64,000 bases of DNA from the IMG/VR virus record IMGVR_UViG_3300034073_003340, positions 310,001-374,000 of that record. The stretch is one strand, 5' to 3'. This document shows positions 7,602 to 14,343 of the stretch, piece after piece (within the stretch, counting starts at the first letter, position 1; every line of letters starts with the position of its first letter). The notes beneath the pieces were generated by a model. The model did not search any database, was not told the origin of the DNA, and saw nothing but the letters and a program-made list of their open reading frames with translations. Both the position numbers and the translations under genes were made by a program.

Positions 7602-7658
7602 CTCGTCGCGAACTTCCTCAAAAGCTTTCGCTCCTGCTGTAGCTCGACCTGCAAGATT
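7602..7658 (-). ncRNA. rnpB: RNase P RNA, 5' piece
   Basis: P1 AATCTTG, P2 GCTACA, P3 GGAGC-GAAA-GCTTT and CR-I-like GAGGAAGTTCGCGA, each pairing with the 3' piece. Confidence 0.8.
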
Positions 7659-7731
7659 GGTACGCCCACGAAGACTCGAACTCCGATAAACCGGTAATCG
7701 GCCGGTTGCCTTACCATTAGACGATGGGCGC
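7658..7731 (-). tRNA. tRNA-Ile(GAT), atypical C33
   Basis: ACCGG-CCGATTA-CCGGT arm, T-arm, CCA. Confidence 0.65.
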
Positions 7732-7735
7732 AAGC

Positions 7736-7919
7736 TTGATTCAAAAAGCGTGGCTTGGTTCCCCGTTTCAAGCACCACAAGCGACTCTATACCAATACTC
7801 CGCCGGAGCATTCAGTGCGCAACTCTGACTCTACCAGGTTCAAATCCTGGTCATAATATTCAGCAACCATACCCACGAGACCTTTGATGTCTGCGAAGGT
7901 ATCACGCTTTTTGAATCAA
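7736..7919. ncRNA. 184-nt region closed by a 17-bp inverted repeat
   Basis: TTGATTCAAAAAGCGTG/CACGCTTTTTGAATCAA. Confidence 0.4.
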
Positions 7920-7954
7920 TTGAATATAACAAAGGACATGGCCTTTGTCAACAT

Positions 7955-8028
7955 TGGAGCGGATAGGGAGAATCGAACTCCCCTAACTACGTTGGCAACG
8001 TAACGCATTACCACTATGCTATACCCGC
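7955..8028 (-). tRNA. tRNA-Gly(GCC)
   Basis: TT-GCC-AA, U73, CCA. Confidence 0.9.
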
Positions 8029-8195
8029 ATGGTATTTGCTGACCGGAACCTCTCGCCAACAGCGCAAGCTCACCACACTTCCGTGCCCGGCCATCTTGCC
8101 ATTTTTGCTCGACCGCTAGGTAGTCTGTGCCTCTAAAGGTTTCACATCCTACATCAGCAGATTTGTTCTAACAAATCGTAATCAATTTGTCAATC

Positions 8196-8274
8196 TGGGG
8201 TGACCGGCGGGAATTGAACCCAGCACCTTCGGCTTCACAGGCCGCTATCCACAAACCAGTAGACCACGGTCACC
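8196..8274 (-). tRNA. tRNA-His(GTG)
   Basis: G-1:C73, CT-GTG-AA, CCA. Confidence 0.9.
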
Positions 8275-8281
8275 ATACAGA

Positions 8282-8692
8282 TCAGAGGGCTTTGCCCGTC
8301 CTCGCATCAACAATTCTTACTCCTGGAAAAACTGCTAGGCTACCACTTTCTCCACCTTGGAAATAAGCGTCGTATCCTTTTGCTCGGAGTTCTCTAAAAA
8401 ACCCCGGTATCTTTTCCATTTCACCATAATACTCTTCTATTTCATCCTCTGTGGGATAGTAGATATTATGAACATCCAAATAGCAAGCATAGGTTTCGGC
8501 CAAATTGTCCCCGTAGATTTTCTCACCCCAAGTGGGCGAATCAGAGAACCATAAACCAGCATCTGGTATCTTGAACTTGGTAATATTCTTGGTATTACTA
8601 CCATGATACATGACGCTCTTGACCTTGGAGCCAGAGAACGGATTTGGAACAAACTGCTCCGAATCTTCACCAATGATTTGTTTCCATCGCAT
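8282..8692 (-). CDS. ADP-ribosyltransferase-like late protein
   Basis: MYHGS...F...GLWFSDSP..(IY)G motifs; TAAATA-N4-ATG; N-terminus MRWKQIIGE. Confidence 0.55.
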   Translation of the reverse strand: MRWKQIIGEDSEQFVPNPFSGSKVKSVMYHGSNTKNITKFKIPDAGLWFSDSPTWGEKIYGDNLAETYACYLDVHNIYYPTEDEIEEYYGEMEKIPGFFRELRAKGYDAYFQGGESGSLAVFPGVRIVDARTGKAL

Positions 8693-8705
8693 TGAATATT
8701 TATTC

Positions 8706-8793
8706 TGCTGAGCGCGGAGTCGAACCGCCTACCGTTTATGGCATCGCCCATCACTTCTTATTGATTCGTACTGGCCCGGCCAGCTACTCAGCA
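8706..8793 (-). pseudogene. tRNA-like RNA without a recognisable anticodon arm
   Basis: TGCTGAG/CTCAGCA acceptor and GGCGG-TTCGACT-CCGC T-arm. Confidence 0.5.
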
Positions 8794-8870
8794 TGGCCCT
8801 CTGGACGGGACTCGAACCCGCCTCGACCCGGCGTGACAAGCCAGCGGCGTCACCCGACGCCTCCCAGAGG
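8794..8870 (-). tRNA. tRNA-Asp(GTC)
   Basis: CTGGC-TTGTCAC-GCCGG arm, G73, CCA. Confidence 0.9.
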
Positions 8871-8924
8871 ATATGGTTTTCTGCTCTCAGAATGTCACGC
8901 CTAGTTTCAGCGGCGTTCCCTCGG

Positions 8925-8997
8925 TGGAGACTAGGGGGATCGAACCCCTGACCTACGCAATGCCATCGCGTCGCTCTCCCAGCTGAGCTAAGTCCCC
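8925..8997 (-). tRNA. tRNA-Ala(GGC)
   Basis: G3:U70, AT-GGC-AT loop. Confidence 0.9.
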
Positions 8998-9007
8998 ATG
9001 GGAGGGG

Positions 9008-9632
9008 TCACAAGGACCCCTTGGCTAGGATCAGTCTTTCTAGACCAATTGCCCAGCCAACACCTTCGGCGTATCTACCGCCTCCAGCGATTTGTTTTTG
9101 CGCGCCAAGCTGCTCGCATACGCCTTCGAATCCATCCTCTATATAATAGGATAATCCGCGTTTTACAGCGTCATTGAGCTGCCACTCGACCCCTTGAGAG
9201 TCAATACAGCGTCGCAGTAGCTCAACAACTTCGTCGCGGTCCTCAGGGCCCTGTGAGCCCAGATACTCTACGCCAAATTGTATGAACTCCCGATACCGGC
9301 CTGCTTGTGGGCGCTCGTATCGGTAACAACGACTCACATAGAAGATCTTTAGTGTCTTTTCTGTGTGTCGCCATTTTTCTCGCCAGAGCTCTTGGATGAG
9401 CCCGGTGACTTCGGGAATCAAGCAAACATCTCGACCTCCCTTATCCTGGAAGGCCCACATTTGATTGATTATCTCTGGACCGGCTTTGTCGATGAAAGTC
9501 TGTTGTTCCCATATTGCGGGCAGAATAACCTCGTTGAAACCAGCTTCAGTGAACCAACCCCCTCAAGGAGTTGATTACATTGGTCATTTCACGGGCGTCG
9601 TCGCCCATGAGGACCCTTGTTCCCCTTAGCAT
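9008..9632 (-). CDS. hisS: histidyl-tRNA synthetase catalytic core only, frameshifted at a G5 run (9558-9562)
   Basis: MLRGTRVL, then after the shift GFNEVILP (motif 1), CYRYERPQAGRYREF (motif 2) and GGGRY...AIGLERL (motif 3); no anticodon-binding domain. Confidence 0.75.
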
Positions 9633-9668
9633 AAATCACCTCTTGTTTTCAGCGACCCTAATGGTCGT

Positions 9669-9742
9669 TGGATGCCCCTCTAGGGATCGAACCTAGGTTA
9701 CAACATTCAAAGTGTCGTGTCTTACCATTAGACGAAGGGGCA
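9669..9742 (-). tRNA. tRNA-Gln(TTG)
   Basis: CT-TTG-AA, CCA. Confidence 0.9.
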
Positions 9743-9753
9743 ATGTAGAGACC

Positions 9754-9813
9754 TGAGCAAGTTGATGCGGCGAGGGGTTCATCACCAAAAGATAACCCTC
9801 ATGCTTCGGCTCA
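9754..9813 (-). ncRNA. Y-RNA-like element C (no tRNA module)
   Basis: TGAGC-CGA-AGCATGAGGG-TTATC...CCCTCG...CAACTTGCTCA. Confidence 0.7.
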
Positions 9814-9819
9814 AATCTA

Positions 9820-9895
9820 TGGCTCCGGAGGAGGGACTCGAACCCCCAACATCCTCGTTAACAGCGAGGCGCATCTACCATTGAGCTACTCCGGA
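9820..9895 (-). tRNA. tRNA-Asn(GTT)
   Basis: CT-GTT-AA, G73, CCA. Confidence 0.92.
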
Positions 9896-9899
9896 ATGA

Positions 9900-10015
9900 A
9901 TATGAGCAAGTTTTGTAAAGGACTTTCCCAGTTGCCTGGGGTGATGGATTTGAACCATCTAGTTTTGATTTGAAGTCAAAAGTTTTTCCGATAACCCTTT
10001 ACTATCGGCTCATAT
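9900..10015 (-). ncRNA. Y-RNA-like element D with a TCA anticodon arm, T-arm and loop-closed acceptor
   Basis: ATATGAGC-CGA...GGGTTATC / CTTGCTCATAT; TTTTGA-CTTCAAA-TCAAAA arm. Confidence 0.75.
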
Positions 10016-10088
10016 GGCGCCCTCGGGAGGATTCGAACCTACCTCATCTTCCCTTCGCAGGGGAAGTGCATGATCCACATGCGAGGGC
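10015..10088 (-). tRNA. tRNA-Arg(GCG), short D-arm
   Basis: TTCCC-CTGCGAA-GGGAA arm, CCA. Confidence 0.8.
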
Positions 10089-10093
10089 ATTAG

Positions 10094-10165
10094 TAGTCCC
10101 GTGGTGACTCGAACACCAATCCGCCCTTTATGAGAGGGTGGCACTAACCTTTGTGCTACAGGACC
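10094..10165 (-). tRNA. tRNA with CAT anticodon (Met or Ile2)
   Basis: CT-CAT-AA loop with paired position 1. Confidence 0.8.
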
Positions 10166-10168
10166 ATA

Positions 10169-10244
10169 TGGTGAACCGGGCGGGACTCGAACCCGCGACC
10201 AGCTGATTAAAAGTCAGCTGCTCTACCGACTGAGCTACCGGTCC
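10169..10244 (-). tRNA. tRNA-Lys(TTT)
   Basis: Canonical, CT-TTT-AA, CCA. Confidence 0.95.
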
Positions 10245-10300
10245 ACTCCAGCTCTCTTTAGCTAAAGATTTCCGTTAGTCAAAGATTTTTCTTACACCAA

Positions 10301-10753
10301 CTACTTTAAAATCACCGGTATGTTCATTTTCTTAGCCAGATCTTCAACCTGGTCTCGAAAATATTCATCATCGTCCTGTCCACCTTCGTCTCTTATCCAT
10401 ATCTCCTTGACTGTAGAGGAGTTTATTGGATAAAGAGGTGATGGTTCTATCACCGTTTCATCTTCGGGACGGGTCCCCAAAATGATTCGGACTTCATCCC
10501 AACGATCAACCACTTGCGTTTCAAAACCCTTGGGGGCTTTTAGCACAAATGTCACATTGGCTGAATTCTTTACACCACCAGAGAACCAAAGATTGGGATC
10601 AGTAGTGGTTGAAACAAAATATTCAACATTGCGATCATGGTCGATGTCGTCATAGCTGGTATGGATGCCACCGTCTCTTAATATTGAAAGGGCAGGCCTC
10701 ATATCAGTAGCATGATACAAAACACCGCCAGTCAAGACTTCATATAACCGCAT
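10301..10753 (-). CDS. ART-fold-like late protein
   Basis: LYHAT...SIL..GG...FVSTTTDP...DEVRI; TAAATA-N5-ATG; N-terminus MRLYEVL. Confidence 0.5.
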   Translation of the reverse strand: MRLYEVLTGGVLYHATDMRPALSILRDGGIHTSYDDIDHDRNVEYFVSTTTDPNLWFSGGVKNSANVTFVLKAPKGFETQVVDRWDEVRIILGTRPEDETVIEPSPLYPINSSTVKEIWIRDEGGQDDDEYFRDQVEDLAKKMNIPVILK

Positions 10754-10765
10754 ATCTGTATTTAT

Positions 10766-10841
10766 TGGTGGGAGCCGTGGGGATTGAACCCACCTCGTTC
10801 TGCTTGTAAAACAGATGTCATCACCAGATGGCTAGACTCCC
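10766..10841 (-). tRNA. tRNA-Val(TAC)
   Basis: TT-TAC-AA, CCA. Confidence 0.88.
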
Positions 10842-10842
10842 A

Positions 10843-10917
10843 TGGTAGTCGGTGAGGGTTTCGAACCCCCGACCCTCTCGGTGTAAACGAGATGCTCTAC
10901 CACTGAGCTAACCGACC
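10843..10917 (-). tRNA. tRNA-Val(TAC)
   Basis: TT-TAC-AC, CCA. Confidence 0.92.
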
Positions 10918-10957
10918 ATGTTATCAACATAAACAATCCTATTTGGAATGTCAATAT

Positions 10958-11040
10958 TGGTGGGAAGCAATGGAGTCGAACCATTCCCCGAAAGCGCGGT
11001 TTTACAGACCGCTTGCTAGAACCGCTAGCTTTTACTTCCC
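10958..11040 (-). tRNA. tRNA-Tyr(GTA)
   Basis: GCGGT-CTGTAAA-ACCGC, CCA. Confidence 0.88.
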
Positions 11041-11054
11041 ATATTTGTAATCAG

Positions 11055-11126
11055 TAGCGCGGACGGGAATCGAACCCGCTTACACCTGGGTGAAAACCAA
11101 GCCGCCTGCCATTAGCGTTCCGCGCC
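11055..11126 (-). tRNA. tRNA-Glu(TTC)
   Basis: TT-TTC-AC loop; CCA not encoded. Confidence 0.8.
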
Positions 11127-11137
11127 ATGAAGTATTG

Positions 11138-11209
11138 TGACCCATAGGGGGATCGAACCCCTGTTCTCGCCTTGAAAGGGCGCGCTCTTAACCATTAGAG
11201 GAATGGGCC
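11138..11209 (-). tRNA. tRNA-Glu(TTC)
   Basis: CT-TTC-AA loop; ends CAA. Confidence 0.88.
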
Positions 11210-11240
11210 GTGTGGGCAAATACCCTGCTGACTTACAGCT

Positions 11241-11315
11241 TGGTGGACGATACAGGGATTGAACCTGTGACCTTTCCCATGTCAAGGGAACGCGCTACCG
11301 CTGCGCCAATCGTCC
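11241..11315 (-). tRNA. tRNA-Val(GAC)
   Basis: TTCCC-TTGACAT-GGGAA, CCA. Confidence 0.92.
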
Positions 11316-11318
11316 ATA

Positions 11319-11984
11319 TCAAGCAAACAAGGAATTTTTTGCTTGAATCTTATTACCATTTGAATCAATACCTGGATACCCGTGATTCTGTAAAATCACA
11401 TGGGCCGCTGCCTTGAGACGCAACCTCGGGAAATCTTTGGTATAGAGGATCAAAGAGTAGGTTAGCTTTTCTTCACAACCGCCACCTGATCCAGTATTGA
11501 TTCCGATCCTTTTTAGGTGGTCAGAATGAATTAAATGCTTTCGGTAAACATTTCCTTTGGGGCGAATTATAATCTTGCCCTCCCAACCCGCTTCCGGAAC
11601 GTGGGGTGACTCACTACTCCAACCAGTTTCTTTCTGACCAATAGGAGAAGTGTGGGTCGTTGGACAAAGTGGGTTGAAGTTCAAATTTGAGATTTCAAAT
11701 TCAACATAATCACTAGCGGTTGGATAATAGGGATTTTTAGCTTCCCAACGTGGTCCAAAGTGTATGGCGATCTTCATGTAATTGGCTGTCAGCCACTCCG
11801 CAATTGCGTTAGTGGTATCCAGACAATACAAAGACTTCAAAAACTCATCGAACTCAAGAGCCAACTTGGACTGTTCGCGCTTGAAGCGCAAATCAAAACG
11901 AGTTCGCTTCAAGTGCTCAGCATATTCACTGGAGCACTCAAAAAGCTTACCGGTCCAAGGGCACTTGTTAACAATTACCTTCAT
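11319..11984 (-). CDS. hypothetical protein
   Basis: 221-aa ORF filling the gap between tRNAs. Confidence 0.75.
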   Translation of the reverse strand: MKVIVNKCPWTGKLFECSSEYAEHLKRTRFDLRFKREQSKLALEFDEFLKSLYCLDTTNAIAEWLTANYMKIAIHFGPRWEAKNPYYPTASDYVEFEISNLNFNPLCPTTHTSPIGQKETGWSSESPHVPEAGWEGKIIIRPKGNVYRKHLIHSDHLKRIGINTGSGGGCEEKLTYSLILYTKDFPRLRLKAAAHVILQNHGYPGIDSNGNKIQAKNSLFA

Positions 11985-12020
11985 GCCAACTGAGTAGCAT
12001 AAAAAGACCAGTTGTCAACA

Positions 12021-12107
12021 TGGTTGCAGAGGTGGGATTTGAACCCACGTAGCCTTTCGGCAGCCTCGGTTATGAGCCGAGCGAGATAACCACTCCTCTA
12101 CCCTGCG
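12021..12107 (-). tRNA. initiator-like tRNA(CAT) with a long variable arm
   Basis: C1:A72, CT-CAT-AA, GCC-GAAA-GGC variable stem, CCA. Confidence 0.8.
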
Positions 12108-12109
12108 AG

Positions 12110-12182
12110 TGCAACCAGTTGGAATCGAACCAACGACACGCGCATTTTCAGTGCGCTGCTCTACCTGCTGAGCTATGGTTAC
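12110..12182 (-). tRNA. tRNA-Phe(GAA)
   Basis: GCGCA-CTGAAAA-TGCGC. Confidence 0.9.
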
Positions 12183-12183
12183 A

Positions 12184-12259
12184 TGGACCTAACAGGGGCA
12201 TTTCAGCCCTCACTTTCTGACCAGCGTGGCGGTCAGCCGTGCCTCTTACACTAGTTAGG
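12184..12259 (-). pseudogene. tRNA-like RNA, 8-nt anticodon loop, non-canonical T-loop
   Basis: CCTAAC/GTTAGG acceptor, CTGACC-GCCACGCT-GGTCAG, CCA. Confidence 0.5.
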
Positions 12260-12262
12260 ATT

Positions 12263-12339
12263 TGGTGCCGACACCTGGAATCGAACCAGGAAAATCACCC
12301 TTATGAGAGGTAATAGGAGACCGCCTCCTTCCTACCGGC
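12263..12339 (-). tRNA. tRNA with CAT anticodon (Met or Ile2)
   Basis: CT-CAT-AA, CCA. Confidence 0.78.
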
Positions 12340-12345
12340 AAAGTT

Positions 12346-12420
12346 TGGCACGGGTGGAGGGATTCGAACCCTCTCTGCATGGTTTTGGAGACCAGCCGAC
12401 TACCAGTATCATACACCCAT
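12346..12420 (-). tRNA. tRNA-Trp(CCA)
   Basis: CT-CCA-AA, G73, CCA. Confidence 0.88.
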
Positions 12421-12435
12421 ATGAAAGATTTTTAG

Positions 12436-12506
12436 CAGGGCCAGTAGGAATCGAACCCACAAGAGCTGGTTTGGAGCCAACCATGATACCATTTCATCAT
12501 AACCCT
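12436..12506 (-). tRNA. tRNA-Trp(CCA)
   Basis: CT-CCA-AA, G73. Confidence 0.85.
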
Positions 12507-12529
12507 ATAGGTCAGAAAAGCTGACACAG

Positions 12530-12598
12530 TGGAAGCCTGGGATTTGAACCCACCAAACGGCTTTTATTCACCGTCATGCACCAAAACATCTGGCCCCC
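12530..12598 (-). pseudogene. tRNA-like RNA, Ala-type acceptor, 8-nt loop
   Basis: GGGGGCC/GGCTTCC-A, ACGGT-GAATAAAA-GCCGT, TTCAAAT T-loop. Confidence 0.5.
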
Positions 12599-12626
12599 AT
12601 GGAGGACGGATAGTAATCCGTCTTTG

Positions 12627-12697
12627 CGCAGCATGGGGGAATCGAACCCACCACCTCCAGGATTCCGCCTGGTATGCTAAACCTACAACATAGCCGC
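12627..12697 (-). pseudogene. tRNA-like RNA, 6-nt anticodon loop (Pro-like)
   Basis: CCAGG-CGGAAT-CCTGG, TTCGATT T-loop, imperfect acceptor. Confidence 0.45.
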
Positions 12698-12698
12698 A

Positions 12699-12783
12699 TG
12701 GTGGGTAGGTGCGGAATCGAACCACTCCCCGAAGGATCTGATTTACAGTCAGACTGCCGTATCCAAGACGACTTTACCTACCC
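12699..12783 (-). tRNA. tRNA-Tyr(GTA)
   Basis: TCTGA-CTGTAAA-TCAGA, variable arm, CCA. Confidence 0.88.
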
Positions 12784-12787
12784 ATAG

Positions 12788-12867
12788 AGGACCAGGTGGG
12801 ACTCGAACCCACGATGTATAATAGCCGGTTAAAAGCCGACGCCGATCGCCGCTACGGTGACTGGTCC
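12788..12867 (-). tRNA. tRNA-Lys(TTT)
   Basis: CT-TTT-AA, extended variable loop. Confidence 0.8.
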
Positions 12868-12873
12868 AAAGAT

Positions 12874-12951
12874 TGGTCAGGGTGAGAGGACTCGAACCTC
12901 CACGATGTCCTCCTTCCAAAGGAGACGACTTACCAATTAGTCCACACCCTG
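12874..12951 (-). tRNA. tRNA-Pro(TGG)
   Basis: TT-TGG-AA, C1-G72, CCA. Confidence 0.9.
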
Positions 12952-13087
12952 ATGTGGTCAAGACTTGCTAGATATATTGCTGTCCCGCATGGGACACCTG
13001 CCCGTCGGGGAGTCGAACCCTTCCGGTTGGGGACTTGAACCCCGCTTCACCCTAGCACCTACCCACTCGGTAGCTTTCGCTAAGTCT

Positions 13088-13161
13088 TGGTGCTTCAGCA
13101 AGGAATCGAACCTTGGTCGTGCCATTATCAGTGGCGTGCTCTACCATTGAGCTACAGAAGC
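13088..13161 (-). tRNA. tRNA-Ile(GAT)
   Basis: CT-GAT-AA, CCA. Confidence 0.92.
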
Positions 13162-13166
13162 ATGAT

Positions 13167-13294
13167 CGATGAGCAAGGAGGTGTGCTAGGAGATTGACTA
13201 GGTCCTACCCCGGCCCTCATTGTGGACCGGCCGAGACTCGAACTCGGATCGTTTGTTTCACAGACAAAGATAACCTAACGCTATCGGCTCATCG
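13167..13294 (-). ncRNA. Y-RNA-like element E enclosing a permuted tRNA-His-like module (GTG)
   Basis: CGATGAGC-CGA...GGTTATC / CTTGCTCATCG; TTTGT-CTGTGAA-ACAAA arm, T-arm, CCGGTCC then GGGCCGG. Confidence 0.8.
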
Positions 13295-13295
13295 G

Positions 13296-13378
13296 TGCGG
13301 ATGACTGGACTCGAACCAGCACGCCACTAGGGCACCGCCTTCTGAGGACGGCAAGTCTACCAATTTCATCACATCCGC
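13296..13378 (-). tRNA. tRNA-Leu(CAG)
   Basis: CT-CAG-AA, long variable arm. Confidence 0.9.
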
Positions 13379-13400
13379 ATGTAAAAGGCTTGTGAACCTT

Positions 13401-13477
13401 TGGTGCTCCCCGTGGGACTCGAACCCACACTGAACGGAGTTTGAACCCGCTGACTCTACCAATTGGCCTAGAGGAGC
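13401..13477 (-). tRNA. tRNA-Leu(CAA), short variable arm
   Basis: TT-CAA-AC, CCA. Confidence 0.85.
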
Positions 13478-13496
13478 ATGACACTGGCTAACAGCT

Positions 13497-13581
13497 TGGT
13501 GCGGATAGTGGGACTCGAACCCACACGCCCTAAGGCACAGGCCTCTCATGCCTGCAAGTCTACCAGTTTCATCATATCCGC
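13497..13581 (-). tRNA. tRNA-Leu(GAG)
   Basis: AT-GAG-AG, long variable arm, CCA. Confidence 0.88.
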
Positions 13582-13652
13582 ATAGTCAACAAAGTGTCAA
13601 TATTAACGACCTTTACTCTTACCTCCCGGAACGGTCAAGCGGGCGACTTTGT

Positions 13653-13727
13653 TGGTGCCCCATCCAAGAATCGAACTTGGATCTACGCCTTACCAAGGCG
13701 TTATAATAACCATTATAATAATGGGGC
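13653..13727 (-). tRNA. tRNA-Thr(GGT)
   Basis: ACGCC-TTGGTAA-GGCGT, CCA. Confidence 0.92.
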
Positions 13728-13728
13728 A

Positions 13729-13803
13729 TGGAGCAGGTAGAGGGGATCGAACCCTCTTCTACGGTTTGGAAGACCATCATAATAACCAATATACTATACC
13801 TGC
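13729..13803 (-). tRNA. tRNA-Gly(TCC)
   Basis: CT-TCC-AA, U73, CCA. Confidence 0.9.
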
Positions 13804-13804
13804 A

Positions 13805-13881
13805 TGGTGTCCATGGAGAGATTCGAACTCTCACTGTCTGCATTCTAAGCGCAGTGCCTCTTCCGATTGGGCTACATGGAC
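13805..13881 (-). tRNA. tRNA-Leu(TAG), short variable arm
   Basis: CT-TAG-AA, CCA. Confidence 0.88.
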
Positions 13882-13882
13882 A

Positions 13883-13980
13883 TGGCAGAGAGCAGAGGAC
13901 TTGAACCTCAAGCGCATGTAGGGGTAAATGGCGCTCACATGATTTTCATCAGCCCAGCGACCTCGCTGGTTTTACTCTCT
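13883..13980 (-). tRNA. Ser-like tRNA (TGA uncertain), degenerate anticodon arm
   Basis: G73, CCA, very long variable arm, 7-bp D-stem; anticodon loop does not fit 7 nt. Confidence 0.5.
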
Positions 13981-13981
13981 A

Positions 13982-14058
13982 TGGTAGATGATCAGGGGTT
14001 CGAACCCTGGACCTACGGTTTAAGAGACCGTCGCTACTACCAACTGAGCTAATCATCC
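13982..14058 (-). tRNA. tRNA-Lys(CTT)
   Basis: ACGGT-CTCTTAA-ACCGT, CCA. Confidence 0.92.
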
Positions 14059-14180
14059 ATAAGGGGCGCCACTAGCTTGTTCGTTTCCCTGGCGTGCCAT
14101 GGCGCCCAGCCAACAGCACTAGGGAGAAACCTTGCTTAAGGGTTTCGTAAGCATTGCCCCGTCCGACAATACTTGGAACT

Positions 14181-14254
14181 TGGATGCCCATCGAGGATTC
14201 GAACCTCGGTTGACCGGTTCAGAGCCGGGTCTCTTACCGTTAGAGGAATGGGCA
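14181..14254 (-). tRNA. tRNA-Gln(CTG)
   Basis: CT-CTG-AA, CCA. Confidence 0.9.
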
Positions 14255-14268
14255 ATAAGAGATAAAGT

Positions 14269-14342
14269 TGGTAGCCCCAACGGGGATCGAACCCGTTTCG
14301 CCGCCTTGAGAGGGCAGCAGCTTACCAATAGAAGATGGGGCC
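14269..14342 (-). tRNA. tRNA-Glu(CTC)
   Basis: CT-CTC-AA, CCA. Confidence 0.88.
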
Positions 14343-14343
14343 A

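Noticed and set aside
6770-7658. Group I intron carrying the GIY-YIG ORF
   Set aside because: The flanks are fully explained by RNase P helices, and only 11 nt of other sequence remain.
9900-10015. tRNA-Sec call for the TCA arm
   Set aside because: No extended acceptor, D-arm or long variable arm, and no sel genes are visible.
12066-12092. GAGCCGA...GATAACC on the plus strand as an eighth Y-like copy
   Set aside because: It is the reverse complement of the D and anticodon arms of tRNA 12021-12107; there is no TTATC on that strand and no CTTGC return strand.
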